Below, one piece after another: positions 27,003 to 36,841 of a stretch of 64,000 nucleotides of DNA; the stretch's first letter is position 1; each line of letters begins with the position of its first letter. A program made the position numbers and the translations under genes. Source of the DNA: a virus. Below the pieces are notes generated by a model that was not told where the DNA came from, searched no databases, and saw only the letters and a list, made by a program, of their open reading frames with translations. The stretch covers positions 1-64,000 of the IMG/VR virus record IMGVR_UViG_3300007960_000015; one strand, 5' to 3'.

Positions 27003-27845
27003 ATGCCCACAATTGAAAAAAACTATATTAATATTAATGAGCTATCCACTGCTTTAAATTGGATGGTTGATCAATATTGGTATGTTAATATTAAACAAGA
27101 TAGAACTCAATGGAATAATGAGGAATCTATCTTATCTGATTCATTAATAACCCAATTAACACCCGATGGAAAGATGAGAGATCCGATGGTTATTGGTGCC
27201 CATGACCCAAGGCCACCTAGACCTAATGAAGTTTCTTCTATTAAAGGTGTTTGGAGAATGCCATTTGGATGGGATGATGAATCAACTAAAAGAAGATCAC
27301 CTATCATATACGATGTATTTGAAAATATTAATAAACAATTCTTTAATAATGAATTTACATTAGATGGTTATGGGGAAGGTATTAGAGCTACAAGATTAAT
27401 GTGGCAAAGTCCTAAACATAAAGATATACCTGGCTGGGGTAATTTTCTGAGGAGAGGCCATACTCCTCCGATTTGGACTTGTTATGCTAATGGAAGACCT
27501 AATGGTATGCATTGTCATGGTAATCTACCTGAACAAAAAAGTAATGCCCATATGGATAGTCCTGCTAATCCAGATCCTGACGCCTTGCCAGATAAAGATA
27601 CATATACTATATTAGTTAATTTAAATCCTGTGTGGAGACCCAATTCGGGTGGGGAAGTTATTTTCCATAAATTAGGAGATGATAATGGTGTGGGTTATGC
27701 TGAAGAAATTGTCCCACATGAACCTGGTTTAGTCTTGTTGTACTCATCTGACTATATACATAGAACTATACCAAATGTTGTTGCTAATAATAAAGAAAGG
27801 TTTCAACAGAAATTAGCATTTAGAGTAAGGAGAAAACATGATTGA
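27003..27845 (+). CDS. 2OG-Fe(II) oxygenase-like protein
   Basis: HMD...YTILVNLNPVW...GGEVIF...PG.VLLY....IHR..P...K.AFR. Confidence 0.75.
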   Translation: MPTIEKNYININELSTALNWMVDQYWYVNIKQDRTQWNNEESILSDSLITQLTPDGKMRDPMVIGAHDPRPPRPNEVSSIKGVWRMPFGWDDESTKRRSPIIYDVFENINKQFFNNEFTLDGYGEGIRATRLMWQSPKHKDIPGWGNFLRRGHTPPIWTCYANGRPNGMHCHGNLPEQKSNAHMDSPANPDPDALPDKDTYTILVNLNPVWRPNSGGEVIFHKLGDDNGVGYAEEIVPHEPGLVLLYSSDYIHRTIPNVVANNKERFQQKLAFRVRRKHD

Positions 27846-28275
27846 TGAAGGTGAATTCAAAGATGAATTAGAGCAAGATTTTAAGAAGGCTATGAGGTAT
27901 GATAATATTAAGTTTGAAAATCCTGATAGACTTCGTGAAATAGATAAAAAGAATAATCTATTATCAAGACGAGGTGCTCATATTACATTGCATGATGTAG
28001 CAAGTTTTATAAAGTTTATTGATATTTCAATGCAAAGGGGTATTGTACAAGACCCAGGAGAAAAAGAAGATATTATTGCACTTAAGCAAAGATTGATCAA
28101 ATTCTTAAATTTAGCTACTCCAGAAAACTATGATATTTTAGCCGATGCAGAACTGACTCAGAAGTTTGCAGAAGAAGAAAGAGCTAGGATTGAAGCGACT
28201 AGAAGACCGGATGGATCCCTACCGGCTGATGATGACAAGCAAAAAAAGACTGGAGGAGCTCCATTCCCGATATAA
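27838..28275 (+). CDS. Hypothetical protein
   Basis: 145 aa; overlaps the upstream stop; AGGAG upstream. Confidence 0.55.
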   Translation: MIDEGEFKDELEQDFKKAMRYDNIKFENPDRLREIDKKNNLLSRRGAHITLHDVASFIKFIDISMQRGIVQDPGEKEDIIALKQRLIKFLNLATPENYDILADAELTQKFAEEERARIEATRRPDGSLPADDDKQKKTGGAPFPI

Positions 28276-28289
28276 ATATCTTATAAATA
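28271..28289 (+). promoter_or_regulatory. Tandem T4-type late promoter boxes
   Basis: TATAAATA at 28271-78 and 28282-89, upstream of 28315 and the long downstream gene run. Confidence 0.7.
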
Positions 28290-28314
28290 TAATTAAACTC
28301 TTATAGGTGTAACT

Positions 28315-28944
28315 ATGGCTCGTCCTTTACAAATTAAATATAATTCTGGCTCATTCCAAGGCATCCAAGAAATTGGATCAAATATGACTTTGGGTGATGA
28401 ATCTACTGCCACTACTAAAATTACTTTTAAGGGGCACACAACTCAACATGGTGAGTTTTATTCACAACATGTTGATACAGATACAGGTTCGCCGAATGCT
28501 GGATATTCTTTCCACTTTAATTCGACAGAAACCTCCACAAATGTAGTTCTTGATAATGGTGGATATTTCATTGGAACTGCTACTTCAGTTGATTATGCGG
28601 ACTTGGCAGAGAAATATTTACCCGATGCAGAATATGGCGAAGGTGTTGTATTAGCTATTGGTGGTGAGAACGAAGTTACTGAATATAAATCAGGCATGCC
28701 TTTAGCAGGCGTTGTTTCTCTTATACCAGCATTTGAAATGAATTCAAGTTTAGAAGGTGGTGTATTTGTAGCACTAAAAGGACGTGTTCCATGTAAGATT
28801 AATGGTTCGGCAAAGAAAGGCGATATTATCATTGCTGATGATAATGGTGCTGGAAAGGCTGTTGATGCTATTACCACATTTGCTGATCAAAAGATTGGTA
28901 TTGCTTTAGAAGACGGTGAGGGAATAATTGAAGTAAAAATTTAA
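28315..28944 (+). CDS. Short fibre-like protein with peptidase G2-like autocleaving domain
   Basis: YADLAEKY..G.VL.IGG..EVT...GVVS..P...VALKGRVPCK..G..KKGD, paralogous to the C-terminus of 12606. Confidence 0.7.
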   Translation: MARPLQIKYNSGSFQGIQEIGSNMTLGDESTATTKITFKGHTTQHGEFYSQHVDTDTGSPNAGYSFHFNSTETSTNVVLDNGGYFIGTATSVDYADLAEKYLPDAEYGEGVVLAIGGENEVTEYKSGMPLAGVVSLIPAFEMNSSLEGGVFVALKGRVPCKINGSAKKGDIIIADDNGAGKAVDAITTFADQKIGIALEDGEGIIEVKI

Positions 28945-28950
28945 TATATA

Positions 28951-29685
28951 ATGATTGGTATTATTGGTTATGGTATGGTTGGCTCTGCCTTAAAAGAAGC
29001 CTTCTACAAAGAAACAATAGTTGTTGTAGATCCTAAATTTAATGATGTAACTATTAAAGATTTAGTTAATCGCAAACCCAAAGCAATATTTGTTTGTGTT
29101 CCTACTCCAACAGATAATTCAAACTACATTATAATAAGAAGTGTTCTGGATGAACTCAAACTCTTATATGATGGTTTGGTTATAGTAAAATCTACAATTC
29201 TTCCTGAAGTTCTTGAACCCTATGATGTTATATACAATCCTGAGTTTTTAAGTAGGGCTACAGCTAAAGACGATATGGTTAAACCTCCGATGGTAGTGAT
29301 TGGTGGTGATTCAGAAGAAAAATGTAACAAGTTGGCTGCATTATATGCGAAGCACTCTATTATTGATTTAAGTAATTTATTCTTTTGTACAGTAAGACAA
29401 GCTTGCTATATTAAATATATGATGAATACATTTTATGCAACGAAGATAACGTTTATGAATGAAATGTATGATATAATTAATTCAGCTGAAGATTTTGAGG
29501 TAGTAACTCAGGCTTGCGCAGCACATCCTTGGATGGGTACACATCATTTTCAAGTACCAGGTCCAGATGGAAAGCGTGGATTCGGTGGCCCTTGCCTTCC
29601 CAAGGATACTAAGGCATTAAATGATATGAATCCGGATTCTTTATTAGGAAAGGTATTGGAGTTAAACGAAACATATAGAAAATGA
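28951..29685 (+). CDS. UDP-glucose/GDP-mannose dehydrogenase family protein (short)
   Basis: GYGMVG; CVPTP; KST; NPEFL; KY..N.F.A.KI.F.NE; GFGGPCLPKD. Confidence 0.85.
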   Translation: MIGIIGYGMVGSALKEAFYKETIVVVDPKFNDVTIKDLVNRKPKAIFVCVPTPTDNSNYIIIRSVLDELKLLYDGLVIVKSTILPEVLEPYDVIYNPEFLSRATAKDDMVKPPMVVIGGDSEEKCNKLAALYAKHSIIDLSNLFFCTVRQACYIKYMMNTFYATKITFMNEMYDIINSAEDFEVVTQACAAHPWMGTHHFQVPGPDGKRGFGGPCLPKDTKALNDMNPDSLLGKVLELNETYRK

Positions 29686-30689
29686 AAACATTATTAGTTG
29701 TAATGAGTGAACAATGCAATTTAAATTGTTCTTATTGCAATGTAGATAAATGGTCAAAGACAAAGATTGACGTTAATACCTTTATAGATTATTATAAAGA
29801 CCAAAGAAAGAAATATCCTGATGAGATGTTTAAGATTGATTTCTTTGGTGGTGAACCCCTCCTGCAGTTTGATGTTATGAAGGATATCGTGGCAAGAACA
29901 GAACACGATCCTTTAGTAAAATATTTTATGCCTACTAATGGATTGGTTATCACCCAGGAGAAATTAGACTTTATAATTGATAAGCAAATAGAAGTATCAT
30001 TATCATTTGATGGTTTATGGCAAGATGATAATAGACCACAATTAAGTGGAAGTGGTACATTAACTAAATACCTAGCCAAGAAAGATATATTAAAACAAAT
30101 TCCTAATCTTAGATGCCACTCTATGATAGGTTCTGGTAATCATAATTTATTAGAAAATCATTTGTTTATTGAAGATGTGTTTGGTGTTGCCTCTGAATTT
30201 ACATTAGTTAGAGACATTGGTATTTGGGATAAAGAAGGTGTTGAATCATTAAAGGAAGGTATAAAGGAATTAATGGAATGGTATTCTGTTAATACCCATA
30301 GAGAAATGCCTTTTTATATACGCTATTATTTAAGACATATGATAATGGCAAAGTATAAACAAGAAGAGGTTGATTCTTGTGGGGCTGGTGAATCTTTATT
30401 TACATTTAATGAAGATAATTCAGTAGTACCTTGTAATAGATTTAAAGATCAACCGGATGTTATTGCGAAGATACCTGAATTTAGAAAGATGTCCCCTTGT
30501 CAAACCTGCGAAGTAAGATCTTACTGCAGAAAGGGATGTTTATATGAGCAGATAAATAATAATGGACCTATTGAAGAATTGTGTGAGATATACAAATATA
30601 CCTATAAAAGTATTGGTCAGCTGGTAGCTAATGTACAGGATGATCCAAACTTCCAAGCCGTAGTGAAGGAGGAAATTGAAAATGGCTAG
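29682..30689 (+). CDS. Radical SAM/SPASM protein 1 (maturase-type)
   Basis: CNLNCSYC; FFGGEPLL; TNG; SFDG; SPASM-type CGAG...PC...CQTC.....CRKGC. Confidence 0.9.
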   Translation: MKTLLVVMSEQCNLNCSYCNVDKWSKTKIDVNTFIDYYKDQRKKYPDEMFKIDFFGGEPLLQFDVMKDIVARTEHDPLVKYFMPTNGLVITQEKLDFIIDKQIEVSLSFDGLWQDDNRPQLSGSGTLTKYLAKKDILKQIPNLRCHSMIGSGNHNLLENHLFIEDVFGVASEFTLVRDIGIWDKEGVESLKEGIKELMEWYSVNTHREMPFYIRYYLRHMIMAKYKQEEVDSCGAGESLFTFNEDNSVVPCNRFKDQPDVIAKIPEFRKMSPCQTCEVRSYCRKGCLYEQINNNGPIEELCEIYKYTYKSIGQLVANVQDDPNFQAVVKEEIENG

Positions 30690-30900
30690 TATTAAACAAA
30701 TGAATAAGGCTTTATTTAAGTCTTCTGCTCATCTATTTGAAGCAGCAAAATATCTATCAAATGTAGAGGAATTTCGTGAAGAGGCGGTGATGCTTCTTGA
30801 AATGGCAGACGAAATGTCTAGTATTATCCAACCTGAAAAAGAGAAAGTATCAAAGGATAAAATGGCCGATATATTATCAGAGATTACAAAAAATGCATGA
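30682..30900 (+). CDS. Small helical hypothetical protein between the two rSAM/SPASM genes
   Basis: ATG 30682 downstream of AAGGAGG; overlaps both neighbours. Confidence 0.6.
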   Translation: MASIKQMNKALFKSSAHLFEAAKYLSNVEEFREEAVMLLEMADEMSSIIQPEKEKVSKDKMADILSEITKNA

Positions 30901-32029
30901 AATAAGTAACCAATTTACGTTAGAAATTACCACAGCAGCTCTATGTAACTTAGACTGTACTTATTGCTTTGAAGGTGCAAAGACAAATAAGAGACGTTTA
31001 GATACAGAACAAGTAGCAGCCTTGAAAAAAAGAATCTATGATTTTTTAGATAGTGATTTCTTTAAAGATAATTACGACAATCTGAATATATCTTTTTGGG
31101 GTGGTGAACCCACTCTAAATCCTGATTTAATTATTAACATTATGCAAGAGTATCAGCATATAGACAATGTCGGTTTCCATATTTACACTAATGCTTATGA
31201 AAGAAGAAGATTAGATAAGATTGTAGATAATATTGATAAGAGTAAACTTAATGTACAGATATCATATGATGGCCGGGATATTAATGATGTGTTTAGAGTA
31301 ACTGCTACTGGTAAGTCATCTGCTGATAAAGTATTAGAGAATCTTGAATACTTTGCTAAGAAAGGTGTTGCTATTTCGATGAAATCGACTATACCTCTTA
31401 AATCAATGAGAACATTATATTCTACTTGGAAAGACTTTGAAAGAATGTATGAGAAGTATAATGCTATTGGTGATCATGTACAAATATCTTATGCCCCTAC
31501 TATTGACTATGTTGATGAATTACCTAGAGATGAAGCAGAAAAGCTTGTTGAAATATTCCGTGAGCAGATGATTAAAGTTGCTGCCGAAGAAATTAAATTT
31601 GTTAACAAACACCAAAGACATTTATGCACTTGGTTTAATGGTTCTGATTCCAAACAGCATTGTGCTGCTGGTGCACACATGCATGCTATTGATGTGGATG
31701 GTAATAGTTATGCTTGCCATGGTGCTTTATACTCTCCTAATAAAGAAAAGATGCACGGAGGTAATATTGAGGATGAAAACTTTATAAATAAGATTGAGAA
31801 GATGAGTAATGAATATTCATCAGTAATTGGCCGCGGAGTAAGCGACGTCTGTAAAGACTGTGTCGCTACAACGTGTATGATTTGCCCGGTAGCCTCATTC
31901 GATATGAGTAATAAAGAAGACCACATGGATAGGTGGACCGATAGATGGGTAAACAACATGTGCGGATTTTTTAAGGCGTTTGGAGAAATAGATAGAACAG
32001 TTCAAGCGCATTTAGACGGAGATTTATAA
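30893..32029 (+). CDS. Radical SAM/SPASM protein 2 (maturase-type)
   Basis: Likely start ATG 30893 (MHEISNQ); CNLDCTYC; FWGGEPTL; ISYDG; CAAG..C..CKDC....CMIC. Confidence 0.9.
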   Translation: MHEISNQFTLEITTAALCNLDCTYCFEGAKTNKRRLDTEQVAALKKRIYDFLDSDFFKDNYDNLNISFWGGEPTLNPDLIINIMQEYQHIDNVGFHIYTNAYERRRLDKIVDNIDKSKLNVQISYDGRDINDVFRVTATGKSSADKVLENLEYFAKKGVAISMKSTIPLKSMRTLYSTWKDFERMYEKYNAIGDHVQISYAPTIDYVDELPRDEAEKLVEIFREQMIKVAAEEIKFVNKHQRHLCTWFNGSDSKQHCAAGAHMHAIDVDGNSYACHGALYSPNKEKMHGGNIEDENFINKIEKMSNEYSSVIGRGVSDVCKDCVATTCMICPVASFDMSNKEDHMDRWTDRWVNNMCGFFKAFGEIDRTVQAHLDGDL

Positions 32030-32748
32030 TGGCATGTTCAGGAAGTCATTGCAGTAATCATGGAACTGGTACTTCTACTTGTTCCAACCATAGAGGTACT
32101 TGCTCTACTAACAGGGCTTATAGCCCCTCTAGTGAGTTCACTGGAGGTTCAATTACAGCAGCAGATATCAATCTACTAAGAACTAATATTAGAGATGAGA
32201 TAACACGTTATAATCTTCATGCGGATCATTCTCACACACTACGCCAGGGCTCTGCTTATCAAACATCAACTGTAATAGATAATGCTCATATTAATGATAT
32301 GGAGCAAATGGTATATGATGGTGAGAATAGAAAAGAAAGAGTTGGATCTAACTATGCATCTGTAGCTGGTGCTACTACCTGGGGTAATAAATCTATATCT
32401 TCATATTCGGAAGGTTCTGTAATTAATGCATCACACTGGACAACACTTAAATCAAGATACGATAATCTAAGAACAGATTGTATATGTAATTCGGATTGTT
32501 CATGTAATCTAGTTTGTGCTTGTCATAATGACTGTGGTTGTAACTACTCTGATATTAGATTAAAGAGAGAGATTCAATTCCTTGAAAAACGTGGTGATAT
32601 TAATTATTATTCATTTAAGTATATTTGGGATAATGTTAGAAGAACTGGTGTTATGGCACAAGAGATTCTTGAATCTAAGTGGAAAGATGCTGTGAAACAA
32701 GATAAGAAAGGTTATTATATGGTAGACTATTCAATGCTGCCTCAATAA
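32029..32748 (+). CDS. Cys-rich fibre-like protein with (CxCxxx)4 array and C-terminal S74 chaperone
   Basis: N-terminal C3/C8/C18/C25; I.A.HI/W..L repeats; CICNSDCSCNLVCACHNDCGCNY then SDIRLK...Y.F.Y...GVMAQEI...V...GY..VDYS. Confidence 0.8.
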   Translation: MACSGSHCSNHGTGTSTCSNHRGTCSTNRAYSPSSEFTGGSITAADINLLRTNIRDEITRYNLHADHSHTLRQGSAYQTSTVIDNAHINDMEQMVYDGENRKERVGSNYASVAGATTWGNKSISSYSEGSVINASHWTTLKSRYDNLRTDCICNSDCSCNLVCACHNDCGCNYSDIRLKREIQFLEKRGDINYYSFKYIWDNVRRTGVMAQEILESKWKDAVKQDKKGYYMVDYSMLPQ

Positions 32749-32764
32749 AAAAAGGAGTTATATT

Positions 32765-33376
32765 ATGATGCTTTATGAACTCGCGTTGGTCGAAGACCGC
32801 GGATCCTATTGGTTTGTTACAAACGTAACAAGAAACACCCTAGACAATTTAGCAGAGGAAGGAGAAACAGTCCTTAAACTTTCTGCTAACTCATTTAAAA
32901 TTATTAGTGATGCTATCAATGATGGTAAGGCTGTACATATTACAAAAACACGTATGGCTAGTGAAGTACTACCAATGGAGATTGAGGTACTAGATCATAG
33001 TGAGACTGATCCATTAGATGAAGCTAGAAAGGCAGCTCTTATTAAGGTTAGAATGTTAGTTACGCCTGAGTTAGCTAAAATATCGGGTTTCGCATTATAT
33101 GGATTTATGATGCTTAATAATGATCTGGCTAATGCAGGATTCTTTATTACTAACGATAATAGGGAAGAGAAGTATCTCTCTATTCTTGAAACAGGTAATG
33201 AAGATTTAATTGAGAAGTTAGAAGATTATTTAAATTATAAAGACGAGATTGAAAATGTAGCTCATCTAGAAAGAAAGTTTTCTAAATTCAAAAAAGATCT
33301 TAGAATTGCAACCACTGTAGAGGATGTACAAGGAATCCAAGATAGATTCCTAGATAAATTCTATTCAAATTTCTAA
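32765..33376 (+). CDS. Hypothetical protein (possible partner/chaperone of the Cys-rich fibre)
   Basis: AAGGAG RBS; 203 aa; helical C-terminus ending I..ATTVEDV..I, reminiscent of fibre assembly chaperones. Confidence 0.55.
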   Translation: MMLYELALVEDRGSYWFVTNVTRNTLDNLAEEGETVLKLSANSFKIISDAINDGKAVHITKTRMASEVLPMEIEVLDHSETDPLDEARKAALIKVRMLVTPELAKISGFALYGFMMLNNDLANAGFFITNDNREEKYLSILETGNEDLIEKLEDYLNYKDEIENVAHLERKFSKFKKDLRIATTVEDVQGIQDRFLDKFYSNF

Positions 33377-34170
33377 TGAGACTTGCTGTAGTCTATAAGT
33401 TTAAAAATCATAATAAACTTAACGGAACACTCTTTTATTGCTACGAATACTATAGAAAATTAAGGGAAAGTTATCCTTGTACAAAGTTTGTTATTATAGG
33501 CATTGAACCTGATAATATTAAACTTATTGAGAAGGTATTTAAAGAAAAGTATAATAACTTTTATCCGATGGATATCATTCCATTCAAATCAGTAATTAGT
33601 TTATGGAAACAAAAGTTTGATCGAACTCTAATATTGGACATTGATACCTTTTATCAATGTAAAGAGTTTTGCACTAACGAAGTCCATGTGTTTAGTAATG
33701 ATACTCATGAGATGTATCGATACCCTGATGATAGACAAGTAACATACTATGGTGTGTATCCATACCAAAGATTCGATAAAGAATGTATGTTAAAACTCAA
33801 CTTTAATATAATGACTCCGGCTCAGAATAAACCTGGTGTGTTTGTTTCCTGTTTAGATATGACTCATCTAAAAAATAATATAAACAGATATGAAAGAGAG
33901 TTTCAAAGGCCTATTATATTAAAGAAAAGTCATGAGGGGTCTGGTTCAATTTTTGATGAAATTAACCAGGTGCATTATGTCCATGTACAAAGAGATACAA
34001 ATAATAGAATTATACCCGAAGCATTCTTTCATAATAAGAAACTAACAATAGAAGAAGTATATAATGAAGATGATTCTATTATGAGGCGATATAATGATAT
34101 TATTAATAATGGATTAGATAATTATACTTTAAGTGATAGTGATTTGATGATTAAGGCATGTCTGCGATAG
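33376..34170 (+). CDS. Putative GT-B glycosyltransferase-like protein
   Basis: C-terminal NRIIPEAFFHNKKL resembles the GT-B E-motif region; distant paralogue of 34158. Confidence 0.4.
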   Translation: MRLAVVYKFKNHNKLNGTLFYCYEYYRKLRESYPCTKFVIIGIEPDNIKLIEKVFKEKYNNFYPMDIIPFKSVISLWKQKFDRTLILDIDTFYQCKEFCTNEVHVFSNDTHEMYRYPDDRQVTYYGVYPYQRFDKECMLKLNFNIMTPAQNKPGVFVSCLDMTHLKNNINRYEREFQRPIILKKSHEGSGSIFDEINQVHYVHVQRDTNNRIIPEAFFHNKKLTIEEVYNEDDSIMRRYNDIINNGLDNYTLSDSDLMIKACLR

Positions 34171-35036
34171 TAAAATTAGAAAATAAAGATCTTTGGCTTA
34201 CCTATTCATGGAGTAATAATAACCATGGAATATGTGGACATACCTATGAAGTTATTGATTATTGGTATATCTTAAAAGATAAAATGAATGTGGGTATTGT
34301 CTTATGTGAAGACATTGACTCAGATACATTATTTAAAGCTGTGAGGTGTAGATATAACTTTAATACTTTAGAGATATCGGAATTAGAAAACTCAGTTGTA
34401 TTTCATAATAGACCAAAGATACTTACTGGAGGCTCTAAAATATTATTTACAGATGGTGGTATTGTAAATATGAGTAATGTCACATTATTATATGATAAGA
34501 TATATTATATGGCTTGTGGTAATAAACAGGTAAAAGATAATAATAAAGATAATGTGTATATTCTACAAGATGATAGAGTATATGAGAGAGTTAAAAAGAA
34601 TGGAATACATTATGTTAAGAAGATTCTATTTGATAAGTTAAAGAAGCCAAGAGGGCAGTTAAATAATACTTTGGTTTATGGAACTAAGAATTGCAGACAT
34701 ATTGAAGATTATAGTGATTTACATCAATATGGCAATCTTTTAATTGTAACTAATAAAGAGAATAAACCTAAGGGATTGGTATCACTCCAGCCTCCAGTGC
34801 CTGATATATTCAGATTATTTAAGACATATGTGTATACACCAGTAGCTAGGAAATGGGATTGTTCTCCAAGATTTTTAGCAGAATGTGTATACTTCAATAA
34901 AGAAGTTATCTTTCATAATATAGATTATTGGGAAGAGGATCACGGATTAAGAGTTAGATGGGACGATATCCAAAATAATTTTGAGAGTTTATATCTTAAA
35001 GAAGATGATCCAATAATAGAGATTTTAAATGATTAG
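34158..35036 (+). CDS. Putative GT-B glycosyltransferase-like protein
   Basis: YVYTP...WDCSPRFLAECVYFNKEVI. Confidence 0.4.
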   Translation: MSAIVKLENKDLWLTYSWSNNNHGICGHTYEVIDYWYILKDKMNVGIVLCEDIDSDTLFKAVRCRYNFNTLEISELENSVVFHNRPKILTGGSKILFTDGGIVNMSNVTLLYDKIYYMACGNKQVKDNNKDNVYILQDDRVYERVKKNGIHYVKKILFDKLKKPRGQLNNTLVYGTKNCRHIEDYSDLHQYGNLLIVTNKENKPKGLVSLQPPVPDIFRLFKTYVYTPVARKWDCSPRFLAECVYFNKEVIFHNIDYWEEDHGLRVRWDDIQNNFESLYLKEDDPIIEILND

Positions 35037-35862
35037 CATTGAGATTATCGAAGGCTGTAATTTTAAGTGTTACTTTTGTGCGGCCAAAGATATTGACAAA
35101 TATAAGTTTATGGATATTGATGTCTTTAAGAAAGCTGTGCTTGAGGCGAGGGAACTAGGTATTAAGACAGTTGATATGATTCCTTCCAGAGGTGATCCAT
35201 TTCTTCATCCGCACATTTATGAGATGTTAGACTTCATAAATGAGCATATGGAAGAGATTTTAATATTTACTAATGCTACTCCTGTTAATGTAGCTAAGCT
35301 AAGTCAGTGTAATCTATCCCACACTATATTATCCATCTCTCTTTATGGAAAGACAACAGAAAAATTTATTGAGTTAACAAAGACAGATGAGAGAATGTTT
35401 AATAAATTTAATAAAAAGCTGAGGGAACTAGATGAGGCTGGTATAAAATATAACATAGAGAGAAGGGATGAGGACTATGAATTCGATACTCATGGAGTAG
35501 CAAAAAACGATTTTGATGCGTCTCAGAAGTGTAAATTTCATCATATACCGAAGATTCTTGTGGATGGTAGTGTAACATTCTGCCGTACTGCCTGGAGTAG
35601 TAATGGTCTTTCTATTGGTAATCTATCTAACAAAGACCTACATGATATGTTATCAGATCCTATAAGATATAAGTTTATGGACTCCCAAAGTATATGTGAA
35701 CATGCATGTGATTCATATGAGATTAATTGTAACACAAAGACAACATTCGCTGCTATAAAACTGATGAGTGAAAGCAGAGCTAGATACTTAAGTAGTCATG
35801 TTGATACTGAAATTAGATATAAGAAATTAGAAAATGAGACTATACAACGAACTGAGTCATAG
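35029..35862 (+). CDS. Radical SAM protein 3 (Twitch/SPASM)
   Basis: CNFKCYFC; GDPFLHP; TN; C...DGSVTFC..IGNL..C...C. Confidence 0.88.
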   Translation: MISIEIIEGCNFKCYFCAAKDIDKYKFMDIDVFKKAVLEARELGIKTVDMIPSRGDPFLHPHIYEMLDFINEHMEEILIFTNATPVNVAKLSQCNLSHTILSISLYGKTTEKFIELTKTDERMFNKFNKKLRELDEAGIKYNIERRDEDYEFDTHGVAKNDFDASQKCKFHHIPKILVDGSVTFCRTAWSSNGLSIGNLSNKDLHDMLSDPIRYKFMDSQSICEHACDSYEINCNTKTTFAAIKLMSESRARYLSSHVDTEIRYKKLENETIQRTES

Positions 35863-36841
35863 AGAAATTGAAATAGATTATGATACTCCATATTGTAATC
35901 GTGGTAAATTAGATACAGGAACTCACTGTAACTATCGCTGTGGCTTTTGTTATTACTATAATCAGTTAGACCAGAAGACTCCCTTTAAGGAAGTTAAAAA
36001 AAGAATAGATCATTTGGTTGAATGTGGTATTGCTGAAGCAGATTTATCTGGTGGTGAGAGCTCTATACATGCAGACTGGTTTAATATCCTGGATTACTGT
36101 AAAGAAAAAGGATTGAAAGTTTCTTGTCTCTCAAATGGATCAATGTTTTCTAAGTATGAATTTTTAGAGAAATCAAAGCAGCATGGATTAGATGAGATAC
36201 TTTTTTCTTTACATGGCTTTGATGAAGAAAGTCATAATAAATTAGTTGGTGTTAAGGCCGGCTTCAGAAAGATAACTCAATCAATAGTGTTTGCAAATCA
36301 GTTAGGTATTAAGGTAAGACTTAATTGTACTGTAACAAAAGACAATTATAAGGAACTAGATAACAAGTTTGTTGATCTTGTCCATCAGTTTGATGTAGCA
36401 CAAGTTAATTTTCTAACTCTAAACTATTGGGACGATGCAAATGCACAGGATGCATTCCCATATAAGGAAGCAACAGAGTCAATAAAAAGAGCTATTGATA
36501 AGTTAGAAGTACCAGACAAAAGAGTACGTTATACTCCCTTCTGCTATCTTAAGGGTTACGAAAAACACCTCTTCGGGTATTATCAACATATCTATGACCT
36601 CTCTGATTGGAATATCGCTACCTATGGACATACTATTGATCCGAGAGAGTATGTCGGTAACGAGTTAAAGCATTTATATTTAGCTGCTGAGAGGCAGAGA
36701 AACGCAACTTATAAGAAAAATAAAGAGTGCCTGGATTGTAAACATTATTATATCTGTGATGGATATGAAAAGAAACATGGTGAACTGGAAGTGTTTCCAG
36801 AGCCTGGGGAAAAGATTAAGAAGGTAACACATTACTTATGA
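35834..36841 (+). CDS. Radical SAM protein 4
   Basis: CNYRCGFC; LSGGE; SNG; SLHG; PFC; CLDC.....CDG. Confidence 0.88.
   Translation: MRLYNELSHREIEIDYDTPYCNRGKLDTGTHCNYRCGFCYYYNQLDQKTPFKEVKKRIDHLVECGIAEADLSGGESSIHADWFNILDYCKEKGLKVSCLSNGSMFSKYEFLEKSKQHGLDEILFSLHGFDEESHNKLVGVKAGFRKITQSIVFANQLGIKVRLNCTVTKDNYKELDNKFVDLVHQFDVAQVNFLTLNYWDDANAQDAFPYKEATESIKRAIDKLEVPDKRVRYTPFCYLKGYEKHLFGYYQHIYDLSDWNIATYGHTIDPREYVGNELKHLYLAAERQRNATYKKNKECLDCKHYYICDGYEKKHGELEVFPEPGEKIKKVTHYL

Noticed and set aside
30797-30892. TTG start giving a 410-aa rSAM
   Set aside because: It would overlap the 30682 gene by ~100 nt; ATG 30893 gives normal coupling and places CxxxCxxC near the N-terminus
31783-31790. Intragenic TATAAATA (also at 20927, 45505, 45675)
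   Set aside because: In such AT-rich DNA several copies are expected by chance; not called without an intergenic position, although 31783 could drive gene 32029
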